DNA of 64,000 nt from a virus (IMGVR_UViG_3300014205_000205:1-64000); one strand, 5' to 3'; shown: positions 28,094 to 36,957, numbered from the stretch's first letter. A program made the numbers and translations. The notes: a model not told the origin generated them from the letters alone.

Positions 28094-28555
28094 TTACATC
28101 GTCTGGTACATTGCTTCTAAGTTCACACTCCAGAAGTAGTGGTTATTTTTGTCCCGATCCAGAAAGTTCGGCTGCGTCTGCAGCATCCGTAAATCCATGT
28201 ACACGTTTTGCAGAGGCACGTCGCCAGGCTGCCAAGGTATCAAGAATCCAAGTTCGGTCTCTGGGCTCGCGCTTTGGAGTGCGTCATTTACAGCCCAGGC
28301 CAGGTTTTGACCGCTCGTAAAGCCGTCAGAGCGCACGATGATGGAGATGTGCGGGTGACTGATCTGCATTGCGGTTCCCAACACACGATCTGGCGCCCGG
28401 CCCCGCTCCGCAATAACGAATACGCATTCCACCGGCACGCCGGTCCTGGCGTCCGCCGGACGCGGGCTACCATGAAATAGGTTGACGTTGGCGGTTAAGG
28501 CGGTGCTATGGGCGTCCAGGTAGTTTTCGATGTCCTTTCCCGGTCTGTGCGCCAC
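28094..28555 (-). CDS. Tail terminator-like protein, copy B
   Basis: MAHRPGKDIENYLDAHSTALT...; paralogue of 28573..28983. Confidence 0.75.
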   Translation of the reverse strand: MAHRPGKDIENYLDAHSTALTANVNLFHGSPRPADARTGVPVECVFVIAERGRAPDRVLGTAMQISHPHISIIVRSDGFTSGQNLAWAVNDALQSASPETELGFLIPWQPGDVPLQNVYMDLRMLQTQPNFLDRDKNNHYFWSVNLEAMYQTM

Positions 28556-28572
28556 TGATGACCGCCTCCGCA

Positions 28573-28983
28573 CTAAGTCGTCTGGTACACCGCTTCGACA
28601 TCCATTCGCCAGTGATAGTGGTTGTTTTTGTCTTGCCCTAACGGGTCTGGATGCGAATGTGGAATCTTCACATCAAGGTAGGAGTTGCCTGTGCTCGGGC
28701 TAGCGCTTTGCAGGGTCTCCATGACCTCCCAAGCTAGGTTCTCGCCACTGGTGAAGCCGCTCGACCGAACGATCACAGCGACATGCGGATGGCCGATCTG
28801 AATAGCGGTTCCTAGCACCCTGTCTGGTGGCGGCCCGCCGTCTGGCAGAACAAAGACGCACTCGACCGGCACGCTCGCGCTTACAGGTCGCACGATGCCT
28901 TGGAATAGGTTCGTCCCACCAGTTAGCGCTGTCGAGTGCGCATCCAAGTAGTTGAGGATATCGATTCCGGGCCGGTGTGCCAC
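28573..28983 (-). CDS. Tail terminator-like protein, copy A
   Basis: MAHRPGIDILNYLDAHSTALT...; position between gp10-like and tube genes. Confidence 0.75.
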   Translation of the reverse strand: MAHRPGIDILNYLDAHSTALTGGTNLFQGIVRPVSASVPVECVFVLPDGGPPPDRVLGTAIQIGHPHVAVIVRSSGFTSGENLAWEVMETLQSASPSTGNSYLDVKIPHSHPDPLGQDKNNHYHWRMDVEAVYQTT

Positions 28984-28994
28984 TTGTGATCACC

Positions 28995-29432
28995 TCATTT
29001 CGTGGCCAGGGCGGCTTTGGCAAGCGCCAGGATGTTGGCCGCGATCTGCGGAGCCCGTTCGTTGACAGGGTGCTCCAGGTACTTCCATGTGGTTGGCGGG
29101 TCGTGTCTCGCCGTTCGCTTCCCAGGGGTCCACTGCTCGGGATGCGGAGCGCCTTCTTCAGGCGATGGAATCTCGTGGACGTAGAGCGCGTACTTTGATG
29201 CAGCGCCGCCATATCCAAGCTCCACGAGGATCTGAGCGCCGACCTTCTGTGGCTTGGTCACATAGCCGGAGCTTTTGAGCGTGCCTGTATCCACCGGTAC
29301 CCGGCGTTTTGAGATGGCCATGATGTTGTTGGCTTCCATGTAGACAGCGGAGCTCAGCGCGACCTTCACTCGTTCGCCGTACCTCGCCAGGTTGGCTTTG
29401 ATCTGCTCCGCTCCGCTAACCGACCCCGCCAT
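28995..29432 (-). CDS. HK97 gp10-like neck/tail completion protein
   Basis: KRRVPVDTGTLKSSG, YALYVHE, KYLEHP. Confidence 0.85.
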   Translation of the reverse strand: MAGSVSGAEQIKANLARYGERVKVALSSAVYMEANNIMAISKRRVPVDTGTLKSSGYVTKPQKVGAQILVELGYGGAASKYALYVHEIPSPEEGAPHPEQWTPGKRTARHDPPTTWKYLEHPVNERAPQIAANILALAKAALATK

Positions 29433-29775
29433 CGCCGCCAACTCCTCCCAACCATATCTTCCAGTGGTCAGAACTACCGGCCTCGCCGATGCGGAGCGCC
29501 AGTGCGGACACGGACCACCCGGCGTTGGCGCTTGTCGTCTCACCTGGTAGGTAGAGTAACGAACTAATCTGCACATCTACCGAGGAACCGCAGACGATCT
29601 GCTTCGACGACATGACAGTCTCGCCCAAGAGATTGCGGACGTGGACCACCTTGTCGATGGCCCGGCCCAAAAACGATGTGGCTGCACTGTAAATGTTCTC
29701 GCCGTCGGTGTTAACACTGGTGGAGTTAGCGATGAGAAGTGTCTGCTTAAATTGGGCTTGTAATTGCCAATCCAA
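29416..29775 (-). CDS. Head closure (SPP1 gp16-like) protein
   Basis: Size, position and NTDGENIY..KVVHVRNLLGETVMS pattern. Confidence 0.65.
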   Translation of the reverse strand: MDWQLQAQFKQTLLIANSTSVNTDGENIYSAATSFLGRAIDKVVHVRNLLGETVMSSKQIVCGSSVDVQISSLLYLPGETTSANAGWSVSALALRIGEAGSSDHWKIWLGGVGGDGGVG

Positions 29776-30210
29776 TTAACCACTCCCCGTCGTAGAAGCG
29801 ATGGTGCCAGGGAAGTCATCCTGACCCATTCGGAAGTTGGGCTGCACGAAATCTGTGTCGGCATCGCGACTTTGCTTGGTGTTCTGTGACCGGCCGCCGA
29901 CAAACATTCCGGCCGATGCAGTCCCGCGCCGCCGCAATATAACCGCCTGTCGTTCATACGCTTTGGACCGTTGGGATGCTGAGATGTCCAACCCTTCGTT
30001 GCGTGTATCAACGTAGCTGGCCCAGTGCGCCGCCAGGTTGTCACAACAGATGGCCGCCGCCCGGTAGTGGTTAGCTTCGATGTTGGCCAGTACGGCACTG
30101 ATCTCTTCGTCGGCGAGGATAGCTGTCCCTGATACCGTTTCACCTGTATAGAACCGGACAGTGGACAGCCCGGAACTGCCGACATTCGACGAGTTATAGG
30201 TAAAAGTCAT
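29776..30210 (-). CDS. Head-tail connector (gp15/gp6-like)
   Basis: MTFTY..VRFYTGET..ILADEEI pattern; position. Confidence 0.75.
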   Translation of the reverse strand: MTFTYNSSNVGSSGLSTVRFYTGETVSGTAILADEEISAVLANIEANHYRAAAICCDNLAAHWASYVDTRNEGLDISASQRSKAYERQAVILRRRGTASAGMFVGGRSQNTKQSRDADTDFVQPNFRMGQDDFPGTIASTTGSG

Positions 30211-30218
30211 ATGTCCAC

Positions 30219-30581
30219 CTACTTCGTGAAGAGCTTCAACGTCCGGCCGGTCGCCTCACCGGTGGACCCTGATACCAGGCGCATGAACGGCCACGGCTTC
30301 AGCGAATCCGGTAGGATGTAGGCCTGGGCTGCCGCCGTTGATACAGTAATCGATATCTGCGTGCTGGCGATCGAATACAGGTCAACGAACGTACCGTCCG
30401 AGCTTGATGTCGGGCTGACGGCGAACGTGATCGTTGAGCTTCCAAACGCTGTCGCCCCCATGAGGCCCAGCACTTCGGCACTCCGGATATCCGCCACGGT
30501 GCTTACCGGGGACTGAGTAGTTCCTGATGTGAAACTCAACGTCTGCACAGATGAAACCCGTTCAACTTCTGCCCTACTCAT
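30219..30581 (-). CDS. Hypothetical S/T-rich virion protein
   Basis: 120 aa in head-completion block. Confidence 0.65.
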   Translation of the reverse strand: MSRAEVERVSSVQTLSFTSGTTQSPVSTVADIRSAEVLGLMGATAFGSSTITFAVSPTSSSDGTFVDLYSIASTQISITVSTAAAQAYILPDSLKPWPFMRLVSGSTGEATGRTLKLFTK

Positions 30582-30608
30582 CTTTGTTTACCCCCTTTCA
30601 GGGTGGAA

Positions 30609-30854
30609 TCACGATCTGCGAGGCTTTCCTCTAGGCTTGGGCGCACCGAGGGCAGTCTCTTTCGGTTCTGCCAGGCCGGTCTTAGGTGGAGGCGTGTCTA
30701 CCGCTTCGCCGTCAACGATTTCCGCAATCCAATTCAGTCGGCGCATGGAGGCCTCGGTGCGATCTGAACCGATGTCTTCTGAGGTGATCTTGTCGCCCCA
30801 TTTGTAGTCGCCGCCCTGCAGTTTGATCGGAGTATGACGGACGGTGTAAATCAT
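30609..30854 (-). CDS. Small hypothetical head-module protein
   Basis: ATGA overlap with upstream stop; basic C-terminus. Confidence 0.6.
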   Translation of the reverse strand: MIYTVRHTPIKLQGGDYKWGDKITSEDIGSDRTEASMRRLNWIAEIVDGEAVDTPPPKTGLAEPKETALGAPKPRGKPRRS

Positions 30855-31819
30855 AACGCTACCCATGCCTCCTGCATGTACTGCTGGTTCTCCAGGGCGC
30901 CCAAGAGCTGCTGCTGCATATTGTTCAGCCGGGTCATCTCGGCCTGGACTTGGCCAAGGCGGGTCTGCAGCTCACCCTTGCGCGAGTTCAGCTTGACCAT
31001 CATGGCGTGGGCCTTTGGCTGCTCCCAGCCATAGAGGTGCGAGGTCTTCAGCAAATCGCTTTCCTGCGGCATGTAAACCCGCACGCCGGCCTGTTTGGCA
31101 ATGCCGAGGAAGTACTCGCACGACGGCCTTTGGGCGGCATACTCGCTGCCCTGGGCCATATCGACACCGTAGATGTGGATCTCTTGGAAGCCTTCGGATA
31201 GGGCCAGGGCCATCATGTAGCTGATCGAATTGGTGTAGTAGCCGCCGTACTTGGCGATCATCACCTGCAGCGGGTACTCAACGCTGTTTGGGATGTCGTC
31301 CCAGTGCCGCTGCATGTACACAAGGCACCCCAGAGCCGCCATCTTGGCAGCGTGTTCATTGGAAGCGTTGCGACTGTGGAAGAAGGGGTTGCCCGCGTAC
31401 TCCGTCTCGCGGCCGTGGATCTCAAACCAGCGCAGGCGGGCCTCTACTTTCGGCTTCGCCCACGGGTCCGAGCCATCTGCCATCCGCATGTCGTAGGCTT
31501 CGTTGAGGGACCAGAGCTCGAAGTCTGGGTCATCGAACGGCGCTTGGTTCCAGTGGCTGGCGAACCCGACGATGGCCACTTTCTTGATCTTGACGGGCGA
31601 TGCCGTCTTCGCCAGTTCCGCGGGCTCCTCTTCTACGACCGGAGCCTCGTTAGGCCGCTCTGGTTCAACGGGCATCGGGACAACCGGCTGCGCTTCGGGA
31701 GCAGGGGCGGGAACACTAGTCTTTTTCTTTTTGGAAACGTTCGGCTGGTGCACTCTCGTCCTCGACCTCGTAGCGCTCGGTGCAAGGTCCACGGAGTTCT
31801 CGGTACTCAAATGATTCAT
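30851..31819 (-). CDS. Putative sialyltransferase-fold glycosyltransferase (CstII/GT42-, GT29- or Maf-like)
   Basis: KKVAIVG, WSLNEAY, TNSISYMMALALSEGFQEIHIYGVDMAQGSEYA resemble CstII motifs as recalled (KKVIIAG, FRCNQFY, TSGVYMCAVAIALGYKEIYLSGIDFYQNGSSYA). Confidence 0.7.
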   Translation of the reverse strand: MNHLSTENSVDLAPSATRSRTRVHQPNVSKKKKTSVPAPAPEAQPVVPMPVEPERPNEAPVVEEEPAELAKTASPVKIKKVAIVGFASHWNQAPFDDPDFELWSLNEAYDMRMADGSDPWAKPKVEARLRWFEIHGRETEYAGNPFFHSRNASNEHAAKMAALGCLVYMQRHWDDIPNSVEYPLQVMIAKYGGYYTNSISYMMALALSEGFQEIHIYGVDMAQGSEYAAQRPSCEYFLGIAKQAGVRVYMPQESDLLKTSHLYGWEQPKAHAMMVKLNSRKGELQTRLGQVQAEMTRLNNMQQQLLGALENQQYMQEAWVAL

Positions 31820-32499
31820 GCCCCCTCGATGTTTTTCACTACCTGGTCGCCCCCGGCTAGGTAGTGGTCATTCAACTGCTTCCTGAGAAGCCATAGGCCG
31901 TAACGCTCTTGCTCTGGCGCATAGGGATCCGGCCGATTCACACCATGGACCCCGGTAAGCGCCCCCACGACGTGATACAAGCCCGACGCCAGGAATATCG
32001 CCTGGTAATCCTGCTTGTAGGTGTACATCGCCGGGTGGTGCCGATAGGGATTCGCAACCTTGTTGTCAGGCGCGAAGTCCCCGAGCAACAAAAAACCACC
32101 GTCTTTCACGGCGGCATCAATCTTTGCGACGGACTCCAGCAAACGGGACCGGTCTACCCAGTGCAGTACGTAGTTGACAATGACAAGATCAAACTGCTCA
32201 CCGATCCGCATGTCGGCGGCCGTGCTCTGGATGTACTCGATGCCCTGGTATCTGCTCCGGCCGTCCGCAATCGCCTCCGCAGACGGTTCCACAGCCACCA
32301 GACGCAGGGTGTTCGCCGTCTTGATCAGGTGCAGACGGTACCCGGTGGAGGCCCCGACTTCCAGGATGGTAGGCGGATCAAGGTGGTAGTCGCGAAGTAG
32401 CCGAATGGGCAGATCGTCGTGCAGTTTCGACATCGCTACGGCATTACGGCGGTAGTAGGCATCTGACTCGGTGCTGCTGAACACGTGGTCCTGCGTCAT
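31816..32499 (-). CDS. Class I SAM-dependent methyltransferase (similar to Pse-cluster-associated methylases)
   Basis: ILEVGASTG, VAVEPS, FDLVIVNYVLHW, GGFLLLGDF. Confidence 0.85.
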   Translation of the reverse strand: MTQDHVFSSTESDAYYRRNAVAMSKLHDDLPIRLLRDYHLDPPTILEVGASTGYRLHLIKTANTLRLVAVEPSAEAIADGRSRYQGIEYIQSTAADMRIGEQFDLVIVNYVLHWVDRSRLLESVAKIDAAVKDGGFLLLGDFAPDNKVANPYRHHPAMYTYKQDYQAIFLASGLYHVVGALTGVHGVNRPDPYAPEQERYGLWLLRKQLNDHYLAGGDQVVKNIEGA

Positions 32500-33476
32500 G
32501 AGGGCACCGCCTCGCACAGCGCTTCCAGGTCCTGCACCGACAGCCACCGGTCATTTACGTCTGAGGAGTACCGGAAGCCGGCCGGCAGCGGATCGCCTTG
32601 GGCCTGTTCTGCCGTCCACCAGGGGTGTTGGGGTTGTACGACATACACCGGCCCGGCGTCAATTGTGTGGGCGGTCTCCTCATCAGAGAGCAACGCCTCG
32701 CCGAGCTTTTCGCCCGGTCTGATGCCGGTAACCATGATGGGCACGCCTGGGGCAATCGCTTGCGCCAGATCTGTAACCTTCATGCTGGGCAGTTTGGGAA
32801 TGAAGATCTCGCCGCCCTGCATGTGCGTCAGGGAGTACTTCACTAGGTCTGCGGCTTGAGGTAGAGACAGCCAGAACCGGGTCATGCGGGGGTCCGTGAT
32901 GGTGATGCGCCCGGTCTGGGCCAGCTGGCGGAACAGCGGCACCACGGAGCCCCGAGAGCCTACGACGTTTCCGTATCGACAGGCGCTAAACGAAGTCCGT
33001 CCGGGGCTGTAGGCATTCCCTTGAATGAACAGATCCTCCGCCACCGCCTTGGTCTTGCCGTAGAGGTTGCTCGGTGAGCAGGCTTTGTCGCTGGAAACCA
33101 GCAGGACCTTCTTGACCCAACCATCAATTGCGGCGTCGATGACGTTCTGACTGCCTTGGATGTTGGTTTTGACGGCCTCGGCCGGGTTGTATTGGCAAGC
33201 CGGAACCTGTTTGAGCGCCGCTGCGTGAATCACTATGTCGACCCCGGCGAAAGCCCGTTCCAGCCGGTCCTTGTCTCGCACGTCGCCAATGAAATACCGG
33301 ACGACACTCCCTGTGTCATCTGGCCACCGCGCGCGCATCTCGTGCTGCTTGAGCTCATCACGACTAAATACAATCAACCGTTTAGGATTCTGCGGCAGTA
33401 TTTTTTGAATTAATTGGTGTCCCAGTGATCCGGTTCCACCGGTGATCAGGATCGTCTTGCCTGTAAAGAGCCCCAC
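32496..33476 (-). CDS. pseB: UDP-N-acetylglucosamine 4,6-dehydratase (PseB/FlaA1 type)
   Basis: GGTGSLG, FSRDELKQHEM, IGDVRD, HAAALKQVP, SSDKA, RYGNVVGSRGSVVP, GIRPGEKL. Confidence 0.92.
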   Translation of the reverse strand: MGLFTGKTILITGGTGSLGHQLIQKILPQNPKRLIVFSRDELKQHEMRARWPDDTGSVVRYFIGDVRDKDRLERAFAGVDIVIHAAALKQVPACQYNPAEAVKTNIQGSQNVIDAAIDGWVKKVLLVSSDKACSPSNLYGKTKAVAEDLFIQGNAYSPGRTSFSACRYGNVVGSRGSVVPLFRQLAQTGRITITDPRMTRFWLSLPQAADLVKYSLTHMQGGEIFIPKLPSMKVTDLAQAIAPGVPIMVTGIRPGEKLGEALLSDEETAHTIDAGPVYVVQPQHPWWTAEQAQGDPLPAGFRYSSDVNDRWLSVQDLEALCEAVPS

Positions 33477-33494
33477 TAATAATCGCCCCAATCT

Positions 33495-33527
33495 ATAAAG
33501 TAAGGAGGAGGCGCCTGCCCCCTCCTT
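33495..33527 (-). terminator. Terminator-like hairpin upstream of pseB
   Basis: AAGGAGG.../CCTCCTT stem then ACTTTAT on - strand. Confidence 0.5.
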
Positions 33528-33539
33528 CAAAACTCGAGC

Positions 33540-34241
33540 CTACGAAATCCCCGAATGATTCCCGCTTGACGACACGACCAACCAACGCGTGGATGAGGCC
33601 CCGACCAAACGAACAAACTGGTCAAGAGCATCGAACGTCAGGATGGTGCCCGTCGAATCGAATGTTTGGACCGTTGAGGCCGTTGTGACCGTGTGCGCCT
33701 TCGTAGTGTTGGCGATGTTGTAGATGACCTTTTGGACACCGGCCACGGGAGCACTGATGGTCACGGCCATCTGCGACGTGTTGCTCAGAACGCTGATGCC
33801 GTATGCAGTTAGCACACCACTTGTGGTCGCCACCGTCTGCAGGGCCTGAAACAATCCACCGGAGAGGGTGGCAGTACCGGTAACTGCCAAATTGCTAGAG
33901 CCGGTAAGCGTTCCGCCCACTCCAAAGGTGCCAGCGATGGTGCCGTTGCTGGAACCGGTGATGGTCTTGGAAACCGTGAGTCCGCCGCTCACCAGGGCGC
34001 TACTCGATGCCGTAAGCGTGCCGCCAATCGTAGCGGCACTCGACCCGGTGATGGTTTTGCTGACAGTCAGCCCGCCCGAGACCAACGCACTGGAAGAGGC
34101 GGTGAGCGTCCCACCGACGGTTGCCGCTCCTGAACTGACAACAGCTCCCGAGACATTCAATCCGGATGACAGCGTCACCGCTCGCTCGAACGTCGCCGGA
34201 GACTCAAAATACTCTGTTTGCCGCCGATTGATACCCGCCAT
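33540..34241 (-). CDS. S/T/G-rich capsid decoration or fibre protein with internal repeat
   Basis: Directly after MCP; 76/233 Ser+Thr. Confidence 0.75.
   Translation of the reverse strand: MAGINRRQTEYFESPATFERAVTLSSGLNVSGAVVSSGAATVGGTLTASSSALVSGGLTVSKTITGSSAATIGGTLTASSSALVSGGLTVSKTITGSSNGTIAGTFGVGGTLTGSSNLAVTGTATLSGGLFQALQTVATTSGVLTAYGISVLSNTSQMAVTISAPVAGVQKVIYNIANTTKAHTVTTASTVQTFDSTGTILTFDALDQFVRLVGASSTRWLVVSSSGNHSGIS
33948..34127 (-). repeat. Two tandem 90-bp coding repeats (30 aa, 29/30 identical)
   Basis: AAT(V/I)GGTLTASSSALVSGGLTVSKTITGSS x2; DNA copies differ at many synonymous sites. Confidence 0.9.
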
Positions 34242-34299
34242 TGCACTTCACTCCTTTCTATGCCGGGGCCCGCCACATGACAGGCCCCGCATGACTCAA

Positions 34300-35262
34300 T
34301 CAGGCGACGCACGCATTGAAGAACGCAGCGCAGTCCGCGGCGACGACCTTCTGGGCGTAGGCCATTTCGCCTTCAATCCGATCCGAACGCTTCAGGTCGA
34401 TCCGGAAACGGCTGATGACGGAGCCGGACTGATTGGCGCCCAGATACCCGGTCCAGTCGAATGTGTAGCCGGCAGACGGCATCAGAAGGCCCGGAGACGG
34501 AGCCGAGTAGCAGAGCAGGGCATGCTTGCCGTAGAGGAATGACATGGAGGCGTTTGCCCCCTCAACAGCGGAGTTCTGCACGGCATAGGGCACCAATACC
34601 CGGTCGACGTCAAACAGGGCCGGAAGCAGATCCAGAGTGACAACACCGCGCTGGACGTGCTTGATCCGGTCGATGATGTCCGGGTGATGGCGCAAGGCGT
34701 CAAAGACCTGCGGGCCGATCACCAGGGTGTTGGGTTTGTAGCCGGTGTTCTGCGAAACAGCGATGGACTGGGCGGTGACGTCCTCGATTGGCGTGCTGGA
34801 GTTCGTGCCCCACTGGGTGCCGACGGTGATGTCGGTACCGGTGGTGGAGCCTGTCCAGATGCCGGTCGTGAAGAAGTTCGTCACCCAATCAGCTTCACGC
34901 TTGATCAAAAGCTGATGCGTCACCCACTCGGTAGCATCCCGGTCCATGTCGAGCGGCGCATCGGCATTGGCCCGGGTCTGATCGTCGATATCCTTGTGGA
35001 CGGCAACCACGTTAGCCGAATACACGTCTGTGCTGTTGGAATAGCCGCTGCCAGCCGACTCGGTAGCCGGGGCCCGGACCTTGGCCTCAGACCGATGCCA
35101 GTATTCCTTGGGGTACGTAAAGAACTTGTCGGATTGCTTGCTGACAGGGACGCGCGGGAAGGCTGTCCCGGCGATAAAATTGGTAGCCCTCTGGAGGTAT
35201 GCCACGCTGATGTTAGTCAGCGGCCGGTTTACATGTACTTGGTTAATGGACGGATCAGGCAT
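34300..35262 (-). CDS. Major capsid protein (gpE-like HK97 fold)
   Basis: LTNISVAY, FPRVPV, EAKVRAPATE, LIKREADW, KPNTLVIGPQVFDALRHHP; position after scaffold and decoration. Confidence 0.9.
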   Translation of the reverse strand: MPDPSINQVHVNRPLTNISVAYLQRATNFIAGTAFPRVPVSKQSDKFFTYPKEYWHRSEAKVRAPATESAGSGYSNSTDVYSANVVAVHKDIDDQTRANADAPLDMDRDATEWVTHQLLIKREADWVTNFFTTGIWTGSTTGTDITVGTQWGTNSSTPIEDVTAQSIAVSQNTGYKPNTLVIGPQVFDALRHHPDIIDRIKHVQRGVVTLDLLPALFDVDRVLVPYAVQNSAVEGANASMSFLYGKHALLCYSAPSPGLLMPSAGYTFDWTGYLGANQSGSVISRFRIDLKRSDRIEGEMAYAQKVVAADCAAFFNACVA

Positions 35263-35311
35263 ATTTGTTCATCCCATCCTGTGCTCGCCAGCCCCTGGCG
35301 GCGCGACACAT

Positions 35312-35392
35312 GCCCCACGAAAACTAATCGTCGGGCTCTGGCCGTGGGGCGCGACCATACGGGCGGAATAGCGAGTTCCGCCTGAGCCCGAC
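35312..35392 (-). ncRNA. Candidate cis RNA in MCP leader: three-way junction plus pseudoknot (element 2)
   Basis: P1 9 bp GUCGGGCUC/GAGCCCGAC; P2 7 bp; P3 5 bp; loop GCCCCAC pairs with downstream GUGGGGC. Confidence 0.6.
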
Positions 35393-35399
35393 AAAGTTA

Positions 35400-35423
35400 A
35401 TTTAGATCAGGTTGATTTAGATC
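35400..35423 (-). promoter_or_regulatory. Tandem GATCTAAAT boxes (third copy at 27857-27865)
   Basis: ATTTAGATC at 35400-35408, 35415-35423 and 27857-27865, all intergenic. Confidence 0.45.
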
Positions 35424-35426
35424 GAA

Positions 35427-35804
35427 TCAGCTCGACTGAAGCATGTGCAGAATTTCCAGCGACACGATGTTGCCAGAGACCAGCGAGGTCGTGCCGGATA
35501 CCAGCATGCCGAGAATGTAATCACGGACGCCGGTGGATGAACCAGCCCGGCCCAGGGTGGTAGCGCCAACCAAGTCGGTGACCGCAAAGTTGCCATCGGT
35601 CATGACCTTGGTTTGACCGCCGATGGCGACCTCAGCGAACCCGCTGGAGGTGCCGGATTGAATCACACCAATGACTTTGGCGCCGGCGCTGGTCGGAAAT
35701 ACCAACAAGCTCTGCGTGGTCAGGCCGACGATCGCATACTGGGACGTGGAGAAGTCTGCGCCTACCTCGTAGGTGCGAGTGATAAGCCCTTGCGAAACAG
35801 CCAT
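35427..35804 (-). CDS. Capsid decoration/cement protein (DUF2190-like)
   Basis: 125 aa between scaffold and MCP; 31/125 Ser+Thr. Confidence 0.75.
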   Translation of the reverse strand: MAVSQGLITRTYEVGADFSTSQYAIVGLTTQSLLVFPTSAGAKVIGVIQSGTSSGFAEVAIGGQTKVMTDGNFAVTDLVGATTLGRAGSSTGVRDYILGMLVSGTTSLVSGNIVSLEILHMLQSS

Positions 35805-35805
35805 G

Positions 35806-36957
35806 TTAGTTAGCCTCCTTCAGGCTCAGGGTGTACAACTCAGGATTGGCAGCGGTAACGTCGGCATAGGCCTGGGCATAGGTCTTGGCCGCGCCCTTGG
35901 CAACTTGTTCCTTGGCCATCTTGTCCAGACGGGCCTCCGCGCTGCCTTCCACGGGGCCGTTGCCAGTCTTGCCGATTTCGCGAGTGATCTGGTCATTGGC
36001 CTTGATCCGGGCTTCGGCCTTGGCCAAAGACTCTTCGACAGCCTTGCCAACATCCTCACCGGCCGCATAAGCCTTGCGAAGCATGGCAGAAACAGCGGTC
36101 GCCTCGCCGGCACTGGGGTACTGGGAGGCCTTGGTCAGGAACTCGCGGCTAACCCGCACCTCGCGCTCGGCGTTGAGATCGGTCTCTGCCTTGGCAAGTT
36201 TGGTTTCGGCTTCGGTGGCCCGCTTTTGCAGTTCGGTCACTTGACCGGCGGTCTTTTCGAGGTCATCGAGCCGCTTGGCAACTTCAACCGGCAACGCGGG
36301 CGCGGGCGGGGCTGCCTTCTTGGCGATCTCGGCCTCTACAGCAACGCGATCCTCGGCCTTGAGGCCCTTCAGGAGCTCTTCGAGGGTCATGATTACCTCA
36401 TCACCTTTCTTTACGGGCGGATTTTTCTTAGGCATGCCGTCCTCGCCCATCTCTTCCTTTGGATCCATATCCGGCGGGGGCACCTTGGCCTTCTCCACGG
36501 CGGCCGTTGTCTGCTGCATCAGATCCATCATGGCCTGCATGTGTTCCATGAGCTTCGTGTGGTATTGCTCCATGGTCTCACGCAGCATCTCGTCCTTCTT
36601 CGCCTTGTCCACACTCTCGTCACCCATGATAGAACGCACCGAGGAATGGAAGGCGTCAGACATCCTCCACTCTTGCTCCCAGAGGTCGCTCTCTTTCTCT
36701 TGGACGGTCAGGACTTGGTCCATGGTCATCGCTTTGTCGCCCATGCCCATCATCTTGCGTATGCCCTCAAGCGCCCGCTTGAAAATGCTTTGTCGCTCTT
36801 CTGGTTTGTCCGTCTTGATCACCCCCCCTTCCGGCGGCGCCGGATCCCCGCCTGGAACGTCGGCCGCCTTGATGATGAGGAACTTGCGCTTGTTGGCCGC
36901 CTTGTCAACGCCAGCTACGGCGGTAATTTCCATGTCAACCAGTTTCTTTTGGGGCAT
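35806..36957 (-). CDS. Capsid scaffolding protein
   Basis: VAGVDKAANKRKFLIIK N-terminus, long charged coiled coil, AYADVTAANPELY C-terminus. Confidence 0.8.
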   Translation of the reverse strand: MPQKKLVDMEITAVAGVDKAANKRKFLIIKAADVPGGDPAPPEGGVIKTDKPEERQSIFKRALEGIRKMMGMGDKAMTMDQVLTVQEKESDLWEQEWRMSDAFHSSVRSIMGDESVDKAKKDEMLRETMEQYHTKLMEHMQAMMDLMQQTTAAVEKAKVPPPDMDPKEEMGEDGMPKKNPPVKKGDEVIMTLEELLKGLKAEDRVAVEAEIAKKAAPPAPALPVEVAKRLDDLEKTAGQVTELQKRATEAETKLAKAETDLNAEREVRVSREFLTKASQYPSAGEATAVSAMLRKAYAAGEDVGKAVEESLAKAEARIKANDQITREIGKTGNGPVEGSAEARLDKMAKEQVAKGAAKTYAQAYADVTAANPELYTLSLKEAN

